Shown here piece after piece: positions 1 through 14,931 of a stretch of DNA of 64,000 nt. Origin of the DNA: Bacilli bacterium (GTDB lineage: Bacteria > Bacillota_I > Bacilli_A > RFN20 > CAG-826); the NCBI GenBank assembly GCA_041652475.1, contig JBAZHG010000001.1, forward strand, positions 72,522 through 136,521, written 5' to 3'. The notes under the pieces were generated by a model. That model made no database searches. It saw nothing but the letters and a program-made list of their open reading frames with translations, and was not told the origin of the DNA. Both the position numbers and the translations under genes were made by a program. The stretch's first letter is position 1. Each line of letters begins with the position of its first letter.

Positions 1-777
1 AAGCCCGGGTCGAGGTCGTTCCCACGGCGATGATGCGCCGATGGTCACGTTTGGCCTCGTTCAGGCAAACGGCTGCCGCCTCGTCAATCTGATATTGCTC
101 GAAATGCATTTTATGATCGGACGTGTCCTTGACCTTGACCGGCCGAAAAGTCGCCAGGCCGATGTGCAAGGTGAGGTCGACGACGATGACGCCCTTCTCC
201 TTGGCGGCTTTTAGCAAGTCCGGCGTGAAATGGAACCCAGCCGTCGGTCCGGCCGCCGACCCGTTGACCCGAGCATACACCGTCTGATAGCGATCCTTGT
301 CGGCCAAGGGTTCGTGAATATATGGAGGCAGTGGCACCTGCCCGATTTTCTCCAAGATTTCCAGGAAGACGCCCTCGTAGGCGAATTGGATGACGCGCAC
401 TCCTTCCTCGAGGAGATCAAGGCAGGTCCCGATCAGCAGGCCATTTCCAAAGGAAATGCGGGTCCCGGTTTTCACCGTCTTGGCGTTGCCGACCAAACAT
501 TCGTAAACGTCGGGATGGATTTCCTTGAGGAGCAAAACTTCGACATGGGCATTCGTTTCCAATTTGACGCCATAAAGGCGGGCGGGAATCACCCGCGTAT
601 CGTTGCGAACCAAGACATCGCCTGGTTTCAAAAAACCGAGGATGTCGGAAAAAATCTGATGTTCGGCCCGGCCGGTCGCCTTGTTCAAAACGAGCAATCG
701 CGAATGGTCGCGCCGGTCGGAGGGATGTTGGGCAATCAGCCGCTCCGGAAGCGGAAAATTGAAAAGTTCGATATCCA

Positions 778-778
<1 letters not shown>
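1..778 (-). CDS. queA: S-adenosylmethionine:tRNA ribosyltransferase-isomerase QueA, N-terminal ~259 codons (C-terminal end runs off the window start)
   Basis: Absent from the ORF track because it runs off the edge. My minus-strand translation from the ATG at 778 gives MDIELFNFPLPERLIAQHPSDRRDHSRLLVLNKATGRAE, later FHFTPDLLKAAKEKGVIV, and AVGTTSTRA at position 1. These match conserved QueA blocks. The ATG overlaps the tgt stop (TGATG). Confidence 0.85.
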
Positions 779-2417
<1,639 letters not shown>

Positions 2418-2420
2418 GGA

Positions 2421-2460
2421 ATCTCCTGGTTTTCGTATCGGTGGTTGCCAGACAACACCT
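2421..2460 (-). promoter_or_regulatory. Candidate preQ1-I riboswitch (H-type pseudoknot able to sequester the queT SD)
   Basis: Minus-strand RNA: AGGUG-UUG-UCUGG-CAAC-CACC-GAUACGAAAA-CCAGGAG. It shows P1 GGUG/CACC, a loop ending in AAC before the P1 3' arm, an A-rich tail, and P2 CUGG/CCAG overlapping the SD AGGAG. A TACAAT -10-like box sits at 2470-2475 just upstream. The layout parallels B. subtilis and T. tengcongensis preQ1-I, but P1 is only 4 bp. Confidence 0.4.
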
Positions 2461-2646
2461 TCTCAATTATTGTAGCGGCAATCTCCCTGTTTGAGTATCA
2501 CTTTCTCCAATCGGTGGCGGCGTCTTGAACATGAGAAAGTTTTTTTAATGGATTTTTGTTGGTTTTTTCGCTAATATACCTTCCATAGCTTCACATTTCG
2601 AAGCGCGTGTTGTTGACTTAATAAAACTTTTAAGGAGTCCATCCCC

Positions 2647-3516
2647 ATGAATCGCTTCCTCATCGTCGCGGATTCGTGCTGTGATCTTCCGTTAGGAATT
2701 ATCAAGCAACACGACATTCGCATCCTCCCCATGACTGTTCATTTCAAGCACGAATCGTTCCAAAATTACCCGGATCAACGGGAAATCACCAATCGTGTTT
2801 TCTACAATCGCCTGCGCGAACGCCAAGTCGCCAAGACCTCGCAGCTGAATCCGGCCGACTTCGTATCCGCCATCGAGCCGCTGCTCGTGGAAGGCTATGA
2901 CGTCTTGATGATCACCTTGAGCAGCGCTCTTTCGGGTTCACACCAATCAATGGTCGTCGGGCGCGAACAATTGCTCGAGAAATACCCCGACCGGAAAATC
3001 GTCATCATTGATTCGCTATCGGCTTCTTTGGGAGAAGGTTTCCTCGTCCTTAGAGCCGCCATGCTAAAAAAAGAAGGCCAATCGCTAGAAACGATTGCTG
3101 CCCACATCGAAGGCTTGATCACCAAAAACTGCGGCCTTTTCACGGTCGACGAACTCGGCACCCTCTTGCGCGGAGGCCGCATCTCGCTCACCAAAGCTTT
3201 GCTTGGCACTCTTTTGAACGCCAAGCCAGCCCTAAAGATCGACCTGAATGGGAAATTGGTTCCCTTTGCCCGCGCCCGGGGCAAGAAAAACGCCATTTTG
3301 GTGCTTCTTAACGAGATGGAACGCTTGATTGAAGACCAATCGATTGTGCTGGTCGCCCACTCGGACAGCCGCGAGGAAGCCGAACGCATCAAAGATGAAA
3401 TCTCGAAACGCCATCCCGACATCCCCGAAATCGTCATCGGCGAAATAGGACCCGTGATCGGGGCTCATACCGGCCCGGGGGCCGTCGGCATCTTCTTCAT
3501 CGGCAAAGAACGCTAA
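2647..3516 (+). CDS. DegV family fatty-acid-binding protein
   Basis: 289 aa with a DegV-like N-terminus (LIVADSCCDLP) and typical length. AAGGAG SD upstream. Confidence 0.85.
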   Translation: MNRFLIVADSCCDLPLGIIKQHDIRILPMTVHFKHESFQNYPDQREITNRVFYNRLRERQVAKTSQLNPADFVSAIEPLLVEGYDVLMITLSSALSGSHQSMVVGREQLLEKYPDRKIVIIDSLSASLGEGFLVLRAAMLKKEGQSLETIAAHIEGLITKNCGLFTVDELGTLLRGGRISLTKALLGTLLNAKPALKIDLNGKLVPFARARGKKNAILVLLNEMERLIEDQSIVLVAHSDSREEAERIKDEISKRHPDIPEIVIGEIGPVIGAHTGPGAVGIFFIGKER

Positions 3517-3517
3517 T

Positions 3518-4945
3518 TCAGCGTTTGTCTAATTCCTGCTTAACGAGACGCGAGGCCAGGCCGGGATTGGCTTTGCCTTGCGTTTTTTTCATGACCTGGC
3601 CGACCAGGAAACCCATGGCCCGGTCTTTTCCTGCTTTGTAATCGACAATCGATTGGGCGTTTTCATTCAAAACATCGGTGACAACCGCCAAAAGGGCGTC
3701 TTGATCGGATATTTGGGCCAAGCCCAGTCTCTTCACTAGTTCACTGGCATTTTCTTTCGATTCCAGCATGACCGAGAAGAGGTCGCGGGCCTGTTTGTTG
3801 CTGATGCGGCCTTGGTCGATTAAAACGAGGAGTGCCGCCATGCGGGTCGCCTCGATCGGAAACGCCCCCATCTCGATTTGGTTTTTGTTCAAATGGGCGC
3901 TGATTTCGCCGTTCAGCCAATTGGCGGCCATCTTGGCCGGGGCCTTCAAAGCCACCAGTTTATCAAAATAGTTTGAAATGTCCGGCGAGGATATCAAAAG
4001 CGCGGCGTCGTATTCGCTCATATCTAAGCCGATTCGATAGCGAGCAAAACGGTCTTTGGCCAATTCGGGGCAACCATCAATCGCCGCTTGGACGAAGGCC
4101 TCGCTCAAGCGGATCGGGACTAGGTTCGGTTCCGTAAAGTACTTGTAATCGACGGAATCGGTTTTCAGCCGCATCGAAACGGTTTCCTGGGCGGCATCGT
4201 CATAACGACGCGTTTCCTGGATGACCGGCTGTCCGGAAAGCAGTACTTCGTTTTGACGCTTGATTTCGAAATCGATGGCTTTGGCGACGTTGAAAATCGA
4301 ATTGATGTTCTTGATTTCGACCTTGGTGCCCAGTTTCGGGCTACCGATTGGACGGAGTGAAATATTGACGTCGCAGCGCAAGGAACCTTCTTCCATCTTG
4401 CCGTTGCTGACGTTGGTAAAAGTGACGATTGAGCGGATTTTGTCGACGTAATCGCCGGCTTCCCGTCCCGAATGTATTTCAGGTTCGGACACGATTTCGA
4501 TGAGCGGAATCCCGGCTCGGTTGTAGTCGAGCAGGGTGCAGTCGTAGAAGTGATGCTGCATGGCGGTGTCTTCTTCGAGATGGAGACGGGTAATGTTGAC
4601 GCGGCGCAATCCTTGTTCGCCCATGACTGTCAAATGGCCGTTTTTACCGATCGGGCGTTCGTTTTGGGTGATTTGGAAACCCTTCGGCAAATCGGCGTAG
4701 AAATAGTTTTTGCGGTCGAACCATAGTTCGCGGTCGATTTCCATGTGTAAGGCGTTGGCGACCCGAATGGCGTTGATGACGGCTTGCTTATTAACGAGCG
4801 GCATGGTGCCGGGATGGGCCAAGTCCAGGGGCACGACGGCGCTGTTGGGAGCTTGTCCGTAAGTGACCGGAGCCGCGGAGAACATCTTGCTTTTCGTCTT
4901 CATCTCGACATGGATTTCCAGGCCGATGACGGCTTCGAAGTTCAT
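3518..4945 (-). CDS. gatB: Asp/Glu-tRNA(Asn/Gln) amidotransferase subunit B
   Basis: 475 aa, MNFEAVIGLEIHVEMKTKSKMFS... is a canonical GatB N-terminus. GGAGG SD. ATGA overlap with the gatA stop. Confidence 0.97.
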   Translation of the reverse strand: MNFEAVIGLEIHVEMKTKSKMFSAAPVTYGQAPNSAVVPLDLAHPGTMPLVNKQAVINAIRVANALHMEIDRELWFDRKNYFYADLPKGFQITQNERPIGKNGHLTVMGEQGLRRVNITRLHLEEDTAMQHHFYDCTLLDYNRAGIPLIEIVSEPEIHSGREAGDYVDKIRSIVTFTNVSNGKMEEGSLRCDVNISLRPIGSPKLGTKVEIKNINSIFNVAKAIDFEIKRQNEVLLSGQPVIQETRRYDDAAQETVSMRLKTDSVDYKYFTEPNLVPIRLSEAFVQAAIDGCPELAKDRFARYRIGLDMSEYDAALLISSPDISNYFDKLVALKAPAKMAANWLNGEISAHLNKNQIEMGAFPIEATRMAALLVLIDQGRISNKQARDLFSVMLESKENASELVKRLGLAQISDQDALLAVVTDVLNENAQSIVDYKAGKDRAMGFLVGQVMKKTQGKANPGLASRLVKQELDKR

Positions 4946-6408
4946 AAGCGAACCTCCTTGGGAGCGGACAAGTTCTTGAGCCCGGTCATCCGTTCGATGG
5001 CCGCGCCCAAGCGCAGCACGTCGGCTTCGGCGAAAGCTCGGCCCATGACGTTGACGCCATAGGGCATACCCCGTTCAAGGCCGCATGGGACCGTCAAGCT
5101 GGGAAGCCCGGCAAAATTGCCGAGGACGAGATGGTTGTCGGCAATCAGATATTGATCGGAAAATTTATCGGTCTTGTCTTCGAATTTAGGGGCGATGTTC
5201 GGCGCCGTTGGCGATAGGATCAAGTCATAGTCGCCGAAGATCTTGTCGAGTTCCTGGACAATGAGGCGACGGCCTTTTTGAGCCCGGGTGAAAAGCGCCG
5301 CTTGGTTTTCGCGCAGCAAAGCGAAACTTCCAATGATAAAACGGCGTTTGATCAATTCCGAAAAACCGGCCGTTCGCGCTTTCAAGATGGCTTCCTCGTA
5401 AGTCGCACCCCAAAAAGACGGCCCGAACTTGACTCCGTCAAGATTGGCGTCATTGCTGGTGGCTTCGGCCGAGGCAATCGTTATGTACATCGGATAGATG
5501 GCTTCTAGGAGGTCTTTTCGGAAATGGACGCGATCGACGATGGCCCCGGCTTGGGTCAAACAACCGACCAAATGGTCAAAGCTCGACTTGACATAGGGTT
5601 CATGCTTCGAGTTGACGATTTCGTGCAAAACGGCGATTCGCATCCCTTTGACCCCCGATGCCAAACCCGCTTCGTACTCGGCGACTGGTCGCCGGCTACT
5701 GGTGGCATCTTTATCATCGTGTCCCGAAAGAACCTTGGTCACCAAGGCCGCATCGGCGATTGAGCGGGTGAAGTATCCGACATGGTCGAGCGATGGGGCA
5801 AATGGGAAAAGGCCGTATCGCGAGACGCGGCCCCAAGTGGGTTTCATGCCGACGAGGCCGGCGTATCCGGCCGGTTTGCGCACCGAATCGCCCGTGTCGG
5901 AACCCAGGGCCAGCGGCACGATCGAAGCGGCGACGGCCGCGGCGCTGCCGCAGCTGGATCCGCCGATCATCCGTTCATGCTTCGGATCGAAGGGATTGTA
6001 GGTGATGCCTTTATGTCCGGTGGTTCCGGTCCCGCCCATGGCAAGTTCGTCTAGGGTGGTTTTTCCAATCAAGATAGCTTTATTTTCAAGCAACCGGTCG
6101 ATAACCGTCGCATTAAACAAGGGTCGATACCCATTCAAAACGTCGCTGCTGGCAGTGGTGACGATGTCGCGCGTGGCATAGTTGTCCTTGCTGACGAAAG
6201 GAATGCCCCAAAGCGGGTTGTCAACTTCGACTTCCCCAAGGGCGGCAGCAATTTCGAGGGCTTCCTTTTCCAAAATCAATTCAAAGGCGTTGTCGGGATT
6301 GGCTTTGGCGCGGATAATGGCTTCTTGGACCAGCTCCAAAGGAGTGGTCTTCTTGGCTACCAAGGCTTCGTGGATCTCGGTGATGGTTAAATCGAGGTAT
6401 GACATCAT
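4942..6408 (-). CDS. gatA: Glu-tRNA(Gln) amidotransferase subunit A
   Basis: 488 aa with the amidase signature (GGSSCGSAAAVAA). Overlaps gatC and gatB. Confidence 0.97.
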   Translation of the reverse strand: MMSYLDLTITEIHEALVAKKTTPLELVQEAIIRAKANPDNAFELILEKEALEIAAALGEVEVDNPLWGIPFVSKDNYATRDIVTTASSDVLNGYRPLFNATVIDRLLENKAILIGKTTLDELAMGGTGTTGHKGITYNPFDPKHERMIGGSSCGSAAAVAASIVPLALGSDTGDSVRKPAGYAGLVGMKPTWGRVSRYGLFPFAPSLDHVGYFTRSIADAALVTKVLSGHDDKDATSSRRPVAEYEAGLASGVKGMRIAVLHEIVNSKHEPYVKSSFDHLVGCLTQAGAIVDRVHFRKDLLEAIYPMYITIASAEATSNDANLDGVKFGPSFWGATYEEAILKARTAGFSELIKRRFIIGSFALLRENQAALFTRAQKGRRLIVQELDKIFGDYDLILSPTAPNIAPKFEDKTDKFSDQYLIADNHLVLGNFAGLPSLTVPCGLERGMPYGVNVMGRAFAEADVLRLGAAIERMTGLKNLSAPKEVRL

Positions 6409-6701
6409 CCTACCACCTTCGGGACCTTGATCTGATGGTCCTCAACGAATCCGGCATTCTTCAGGATATCCGCGGCTGAAGTCGGTGACGAGGGTATGTC
6501 CTCGCGCATCCATTCGGTCGTTTCATCAAAGGGAAAAGTCATCGGAGCGACGTCATCGATACCGACGATGTGGCCAATCAGGTCCATCTGGGCCAAAAGA
6601 ATAGTAAATTCGGCTTCGAGGAGGGCGTATTGTTCCTCGGTCATGTCCAACATGATATTGTGGGCGGCTTTTTTTAACAAAGATCGGGTTACTTTTTGCA
6701 T
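6405..6701 (-). CDS. gatC: Glu-tRNA(Gln) amidotransferase subunit C
   Basis: ~98-aa ORF directly upstream of gatA. I prefer the ATG at 6701, 7 nt after AGAGG, over the TTG at 6707. Confidence 0.85.
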   Translation of the reverse strand: MQKVTRSLLKKAAHNIMLDMTEEQYALLEAEFTILLAQMDLIGHIVGIDDVAPMTFPFDETTEWMREDIPSSPTSAADILKNAGFVEDHQIKVPKVVG

Positions 6702-6739
6702 CGGCAAACCTCTACTTAATCGTATAAATCATAGCATTG

Positions 6740-10923
<4,184 letters not shown>

Positions 10924-11000
10924 TGAAAGCCTTTCACGCAATAATCAGCATTATTATTTTACCACATGGGAGGTGCCTTTTCCATTCGCGACCGCTAGGT

Positions 11001-11426
11001 TCAATCGTATTTTGCCCAATGGTCCGCGATGGCGCTATAACCGAGGATGCGGGTCGTGGCGCATCCCGACATAATCTCGATTAATAGAGGGTAACCCGGG
11101 ATTTTGAGCCTTGAAGTTTCGCAGATGCATTCGGTTAAATCGTCAACGGCGCCAAACGGCAATTCGCGCGTCGCCTCCACGAGATACAACGGTTCCTCGT
11201 TGGTCGCGGCCGCCCGATTGGAAACCGCCCCTTCTAGCCGAAGGCAATAGGAACAATGCGGCGAATAAACCAATACTTCATAACGGGTTTCTGGTTGTGA
11301 GAGCACATCGACCCACGGAATGTGCAACTGCGTGAGCTCGCCATAACCATGGGGGCCGATTTCGATTCCTTTGTCTTTGTTGATCGCCATCACGATCAGG
11401 AGCATCATCGCGCCTTTTTTCATCAT
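11001..11426 (-). CDS. Signal-anchored thioredoxin-fold protein (CxxC thiol-disulfide oxidoreductase-like)
   Basis: 141 aa with an N-terminal hydrophobic segment (MMKKGAMMLLIVMAI), VYSPHCSYC (CxxC) and a later GYP cis-Pro-like loop. No clear SD, so the start is uncertain. Confidence 0.55.
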   Translation of the reverse strand: MMKKGAMMLLIVMAINKDKGIEIGPHGYGELTQLHIPWVDVLSQPETRYEVLVYSPHCSYCLRLEGAVSNRAAATNEEPLYLVEATRELPFGAVDDLTECICETSRLKIPGYPLLIEIMSGCATTRILGYSAIADHWAKYD

Positions 11427-11490
11427 TCATTAATAGATTCCCGGCCAAGAGTTTGGTTCGTCGCGTCCATCTCATGCTAGGATATTGAAT

Positions 11491-12381
11491 ATGGCAACCT
11501 CCACCCCGACCAAAACGATCACCTATATGGCCCTCATGGCCGCTCTTAACGTTTTGTTCGCCTTCGTGGCCACGTTCGTGCCGATGGCGGGCTTGTTCCT
11601 CGTAATTGCCCTTCCTCTGGCGAGCGCCCTTGTGGCCTTGCGCGTCGAACTGCGTTATTACCCGATCTATTTTGTGGCGACGCTCGGCCTCTGCCTCGTC
11701 GTCACATTGCAACAGCTTGAAACGACGATATTCTACGTGTTCCCGTCGTTAATCCTTGGTTTCGCCTATGGGCTTTTGTATCGTTTCAAAATGAGCGACG
11801 GGGTCATCCTCATCGTTTCAAGCATCGTCCAGTTGGGCCTCCTTTATTTGACCGTCGTCTTGATCGACGCCATCTTTGAGATTGATTTTATCGCCTCGAT
11901 CCAGGCTTTGATGCAACTCGGGTCATCCGGGGAGGCAAATGTCGTCATGCCGGCGTTTCTTTACGTGATCAGCCTCGCCCAGACGATCATCACCTATATG
12001 ATCATCGGCCCCGAAATCGAAAAGGTCATGGCCGCGACGGCGCATCGACCGATGGTGACTCCCTGGCTCTTTCTATTCGGATTGGTGTTAACATCGACGA
12101 TCATCCCCCTGGGTTGGCTCTTGCCGGGCCTTAGTTATATCCTTCTTGGTCCGGCCCTCCTCATCGCCGGGCTCGCCCTCTACCAGTTGATCGACGAGCA
12201 CCGATTCGGCTGGGTCGGCGCCGCTGGGATTTGGTTTCTTCTTTCGGTTTTCCTGATGGCAATCTTGTACCCGCTTCTGGAAAAGAAGCTTACCCTTCTG
12301 CTCGTTTCCTTGACCCCCCTGGGGCTTATCGCCATCAAAAACCTTCAATTAGTGTTTGCCTCTTTTCGGGTAAAATCATAA
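11491..12381 (+). CDS. Polytopic membrane protein, uncharacterised (possibly DUF2232/YybS-like)
   Basis: ~297 aa with at least 7 hydrophobic helices. ATG at 11491 lies 8 nt after AGGA. Family assignment is from memory only. Confidence 0.6.
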   Translation: MATSTPTKTITYMALMAALNVLFAFVATFVPMAGLFLVIALPLASALVALRVELRYYPIYFVATLGLCLVVTLQQLETTIFYVFPSLILGFAYGLLYRFKMSDGVILIVSSIVQLGLLYLTVVLIDAIFEIDFIASIQALMQLGSSGEANVVMPAFLYVISLAQTIITYMIIGPEIEKVMAATAHRPMVTPWLFLFGLVLTSTIIPLGWLLPGLSYILLGPALLIAGLALYQLIDEHRFGWVGAAGIWFLLSVFLMAILYPLLEKKLTLLLVSLTPLGLIAIKNLQLVFASFRVKS

Positions 12382-12402
12382 AATAAAACCACGAGGGCCC
12401 CT

Positions 12403-12639
12403 ATGATCCAATTTTTCAAAATCATCCTCTCCGGTCTGCTTTACATCGTCATCAGCCCGTTGATTGCCGTCTTAGTCGGTCTTTTTTTGGTCTATGGGCT
12501 TGTGATTTTCACCTTGTTGCTTTTAAAGTCGATCATCCTCTTCTTCGCCGGAAGGACGATCTTCTCGGATTATCCGGAGGACATCCAAGCCAAGAAGATC
12601 CTCGGCACAATCAAGTCGACCCCGGCGGGAGAAAAATAA
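12403..12639 (+). CDS. Small two-helix membrane protein, uncharacterised
   Basis: 78 aa with a GAGGG SD, tightly followed by the next ORF. Confidence 0.55.
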   Translation: MIQFFKIILSGLLYIVISPLIAVLVGLFLVYGLVIFTLLLLKSIILFFAGRTIFSDYPEDIQAKKILGTIKSTPAGEK

Positions 12640-12640
12640 C

Positions 12641-13282
12641 ATGCGCTCATTAATCAGCCTCAGCGAAAAAGAACAGCGCCTGTTGATCATCTTGTTCGTG
12701 CTCCTCGTCGCCGTTTTAGCCCTAGTCGGACTCATCGGCTGGCTCATCCGCAAGATCATGGCCTTCCAAGCCCGAAAGGTCGATGAGGGCATGAGCTATC
12801 TCGTGACCACCAAAGTCATCAAGGATGAGAAACACTTCCGGCGCATCGCCGCCAAGAAGAACAATCGCCTCGTCTTTGCTCAATTCTTCTTTCCAATCTT
12901 GATTTTGGGACTCGACGTCCTCTTCATGTATCTATATATTACTTTGTCAGGTGACAATGCCATTCTAAGTGAGATGTTCAGCTATGGCGACCGCGGCTTC
13001 GGGACCTTGTTCTTCATCTTCGACTGGGCCAACATCCCGACGGCGACCTTCTTTGGACTGACGCTTCCAAGCGATTGGCCCTCCGTCATCAACACCCCGC
13101 ACTTCGTCCTGGCGGCCTGGCCTAACTACATCGCCGTCACCTGCGCCTTGGTGAGCGCCGTTTGGCTCCTCGTGGCCACCCAAGCCTTTATCGCCCGGAG
13201 TTGGCGCATCTACCGCAAGAGCCGGACCATCTTCATCAAGAGCTTGGATGCCATCAGCACCCTCGACAACATCACCCCATGA
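12641..13282 (+). CDS. Membrane protein, uncharacterised
   Basis: 213 aa with ~4 TM segments and a GGGAG SD. Starts 1 nt after the previous stop. Confidence 0.6.
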   Translation: MRSLISLSEKEQRLLIILFVLLVAVLALVGLIGWLIRKIMAFQARKVDEGMSYLVTTKVIKDEKHFRRIAAKKNNRLVFAQFFFPILILGLDVLFMYLYITLSGDNAILSEMFSYGDRGFGTLFFIFDWANIPTATFFGLTLPSDWPSVINTPHFVLAAWPNYIAVTCALVSAVWLLVATQAFIARSWRIYRKSRTIFIKSLDAISTLDNITP

Positions 13283-13312
13283 AAAAAAGGAGCTGCTGCT
13301 CCTTCTTTTTTT
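13282..13312. terminator. Bidirectional intrinsic terminator
   Basis: A-run, then AAGGAGC-TGCT-GCTCCTT stem-loop, then CTTTTTTT. Lies between convergent genes. Confidence 0.7.
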
Positions 13313-13466
13313 ATAAAGCGATCAATCGGGCCGTCAATTCGTAGATGACGAGCCCCAACAAAGCGATGTCGAGCACCAGCAGCAAGACGTTGATGCGCCG
13401 CTGCGAGCGTTTTTGGCGTTCGTACTCCAAGGTCTCGGCGTCGATTGGTTCGGGATTGTATCTCAT
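13311..13466 (-). CDS. Possible 51-aa single-pass membrane peptide (below the ORF-track cutoff)
   Basis: My translation: MRYNPEPIDAETLEYERQKRSQRRINVLLLVLDIALLGLVIYELTARLIAL*. Starts 8 nt after the asnS stop and ends in the terminator. Confidence 0.35.
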   Translation of the reverse strand: MRYNPEPIDAETLEYERQKRSQRRINVLLLVLDIALLGLVIYELTARLIAL

Positions 13467-13473
13467 GTCGATC

Positions 13474-14862
13474 CTAATACTTCAATGATCCGGGGTTGCG
13501 CGGATAGGGTTGCGTGTCGCGGATGTTGGTGATGCCGGTCAAATACATCAGCAAGCGGTCGAAACCGATGCCGAAGCCCGAATGGGGCACGCCCCCGTAG
13601 CGGCGGAGGTCCAAGTACCACTCGAGGCCGTCCCGGTTACCGATGGTTTCCATGCGCGCGGTCAACAAATCAAGTCGTTCTTCCCGTTGCGATCCCCCGA
13701 CGAGCTCCCCGACTTGGGGTACCAATAAGTCGCAGGCGGCCACGGTTTTCCCGTCGTCGTTCAAGCGCATGTAGAAAGCTTTGATGTCTTTGGGATAATC
13801 GGTCAAGAATAGCGGCCCGTTGATGATTTTCTCGGTCAAGTAACGTTCGTGTTCGCTTTGGAGGTCCATGCCCCACTCAATGGCCGAATTTTCGAATTGA
13901 TGGCCGTGTTTGACCGCGTCTTGAAGCCGGGCGATGGCTTCGGTATAGGTCATTTTTCTGAATGAGGCTGAAAGCAAAGCTTGAAGCCGCGCGGTCAGGG
14001 TGGTGTCGATTATGGCGTTGAAAAACTCCATTTCGTCGGGGCAGCGCTTGATCACGTAGTCGATGCAGAACTTGATACAGGCCTCGATCACGCCCATGTC
14101 GTCGGACAAATCGGCGAAAGCCATTTCCGGCTCAATCATCCAGAATTCGCAGGAATGGCGCGGGGTATTGCTGTATTCGGCCCGGAAAGTCGGCCCGAAG
14201 GTATAGACGTTGCGGAAGGCCAAGGCGAACGGTTCGACGTGGAGCTGGCCGCTGACGGTCAAAACCCCGGGCTTTCCAAAGAAAGCGTTCGGCTTCTTCT
14301 CGTCGACCATGACTTTGAAGACTTGCCCGGCTCCCTCGGCGTCGTTGCCGGTGATGATCGGGGTATGGATATAAAGGAAACCTTGGTTTTGAAAAAATTC
14401 GTGGATTGCCATCGAAAGGACGCTACGGACCCGGTTCAAGGCCGTGAAGGTGTTGGTGCGCGGCCGCAAGTGGGCGATGTCGCGCAAATACTCGAAACTG
14501 TGGCGTTTCTTTTGAAGCGGGTAGTCCTCAGCGCAGCTCCCGACCAGTTCGTGGCTCAAGACATGGACTTCAAACGGTTGTTTCATCTCAGGGGTCAAAA
14601 CTAAAATACCGGTGACGGCGATGGCCGTGCCGATGCCGTATTTGGCCAAAACATCGAAGTCGGGATTGTGCTCCCGGTTGTAGACGAGCTGGATGTTTTT
14701 AAAGGCGGTCCCGTCATTGAGTTCGATGAAACCGACGCTACCGTTGTTACGATTGGTACGCACCCAGCCGGAAAGGGCCAAGCGGTCCTCGGCTGTGATT
14801 GTTTTCAGGGCATGGGTCCGCGCCAATTCAAGCAGGCGCGACATCGTGATCGGTAAGGCCAT
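13474..14862 (-). CDS. asnS: Asparagine--tRNA ligase
   Basis: 462 aa with an OB-fold N-terminus (GWVRTNRNNGSVGFIELNDG) and class II motifs (FRAE, GGSQRE, GFGIGFDR). GAGGA SD. Confidence 0.96.
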   Translation of the reverse strand: MALPITMSRLLELARTHALKTITAEDRLALSGWVRTNRNNGSVGFIELNDGTAFKNIQLVYNREHNPDFDVLAKYGIGTAIAVTGILVLTPEMKQPFEVHVLSHELVGSCAEDYPLQKKRHSFEYLRDIAHLRPRTNTFTALNRVRSVLSMAIHEFFQNQGFLYIHTPIITGNDAEGAGQVFKVMVDEKKPNAFFGKPGVLTVSGQLHVEPFALAFRNVYTFGPTFRAEYSNTPRHSCEFWMIEPEMAFADLSDDMGVIEACIKFCIDYVIKRCPDEMEFFNAIIDTTLTARLQALLSASFRKMTYTEAIARLQDAVKHGHQFENSAIEWGMDLQSEHERYLTEKIINGPLFLTDYPKDIKAFYMRLNDDGKTVAACDLLVPQVGELVGGSQREERLDLLTARMETIGNRDGLEWYLDLRRYGGVPHSGFGIGFDRLLMYLTGITNIRDTQPYPRNPGSLKY

Positions 14863-14931
14863 AAGAAAATCCTCGCTAAGATATTCATCATTATATTACA
14901 TAATAATGATTTTTATTCGTTTTTCGGGCAA

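Noticed and set aside
14863-14931. A T-box leader upstream of asnS.
   Set aside because: Only 69 nt separate asnS from tsaD, far too short for a T-box (about 200 nt or more). No specifier loop or T-box motif is visible, and a normal GAGGA SD is present.
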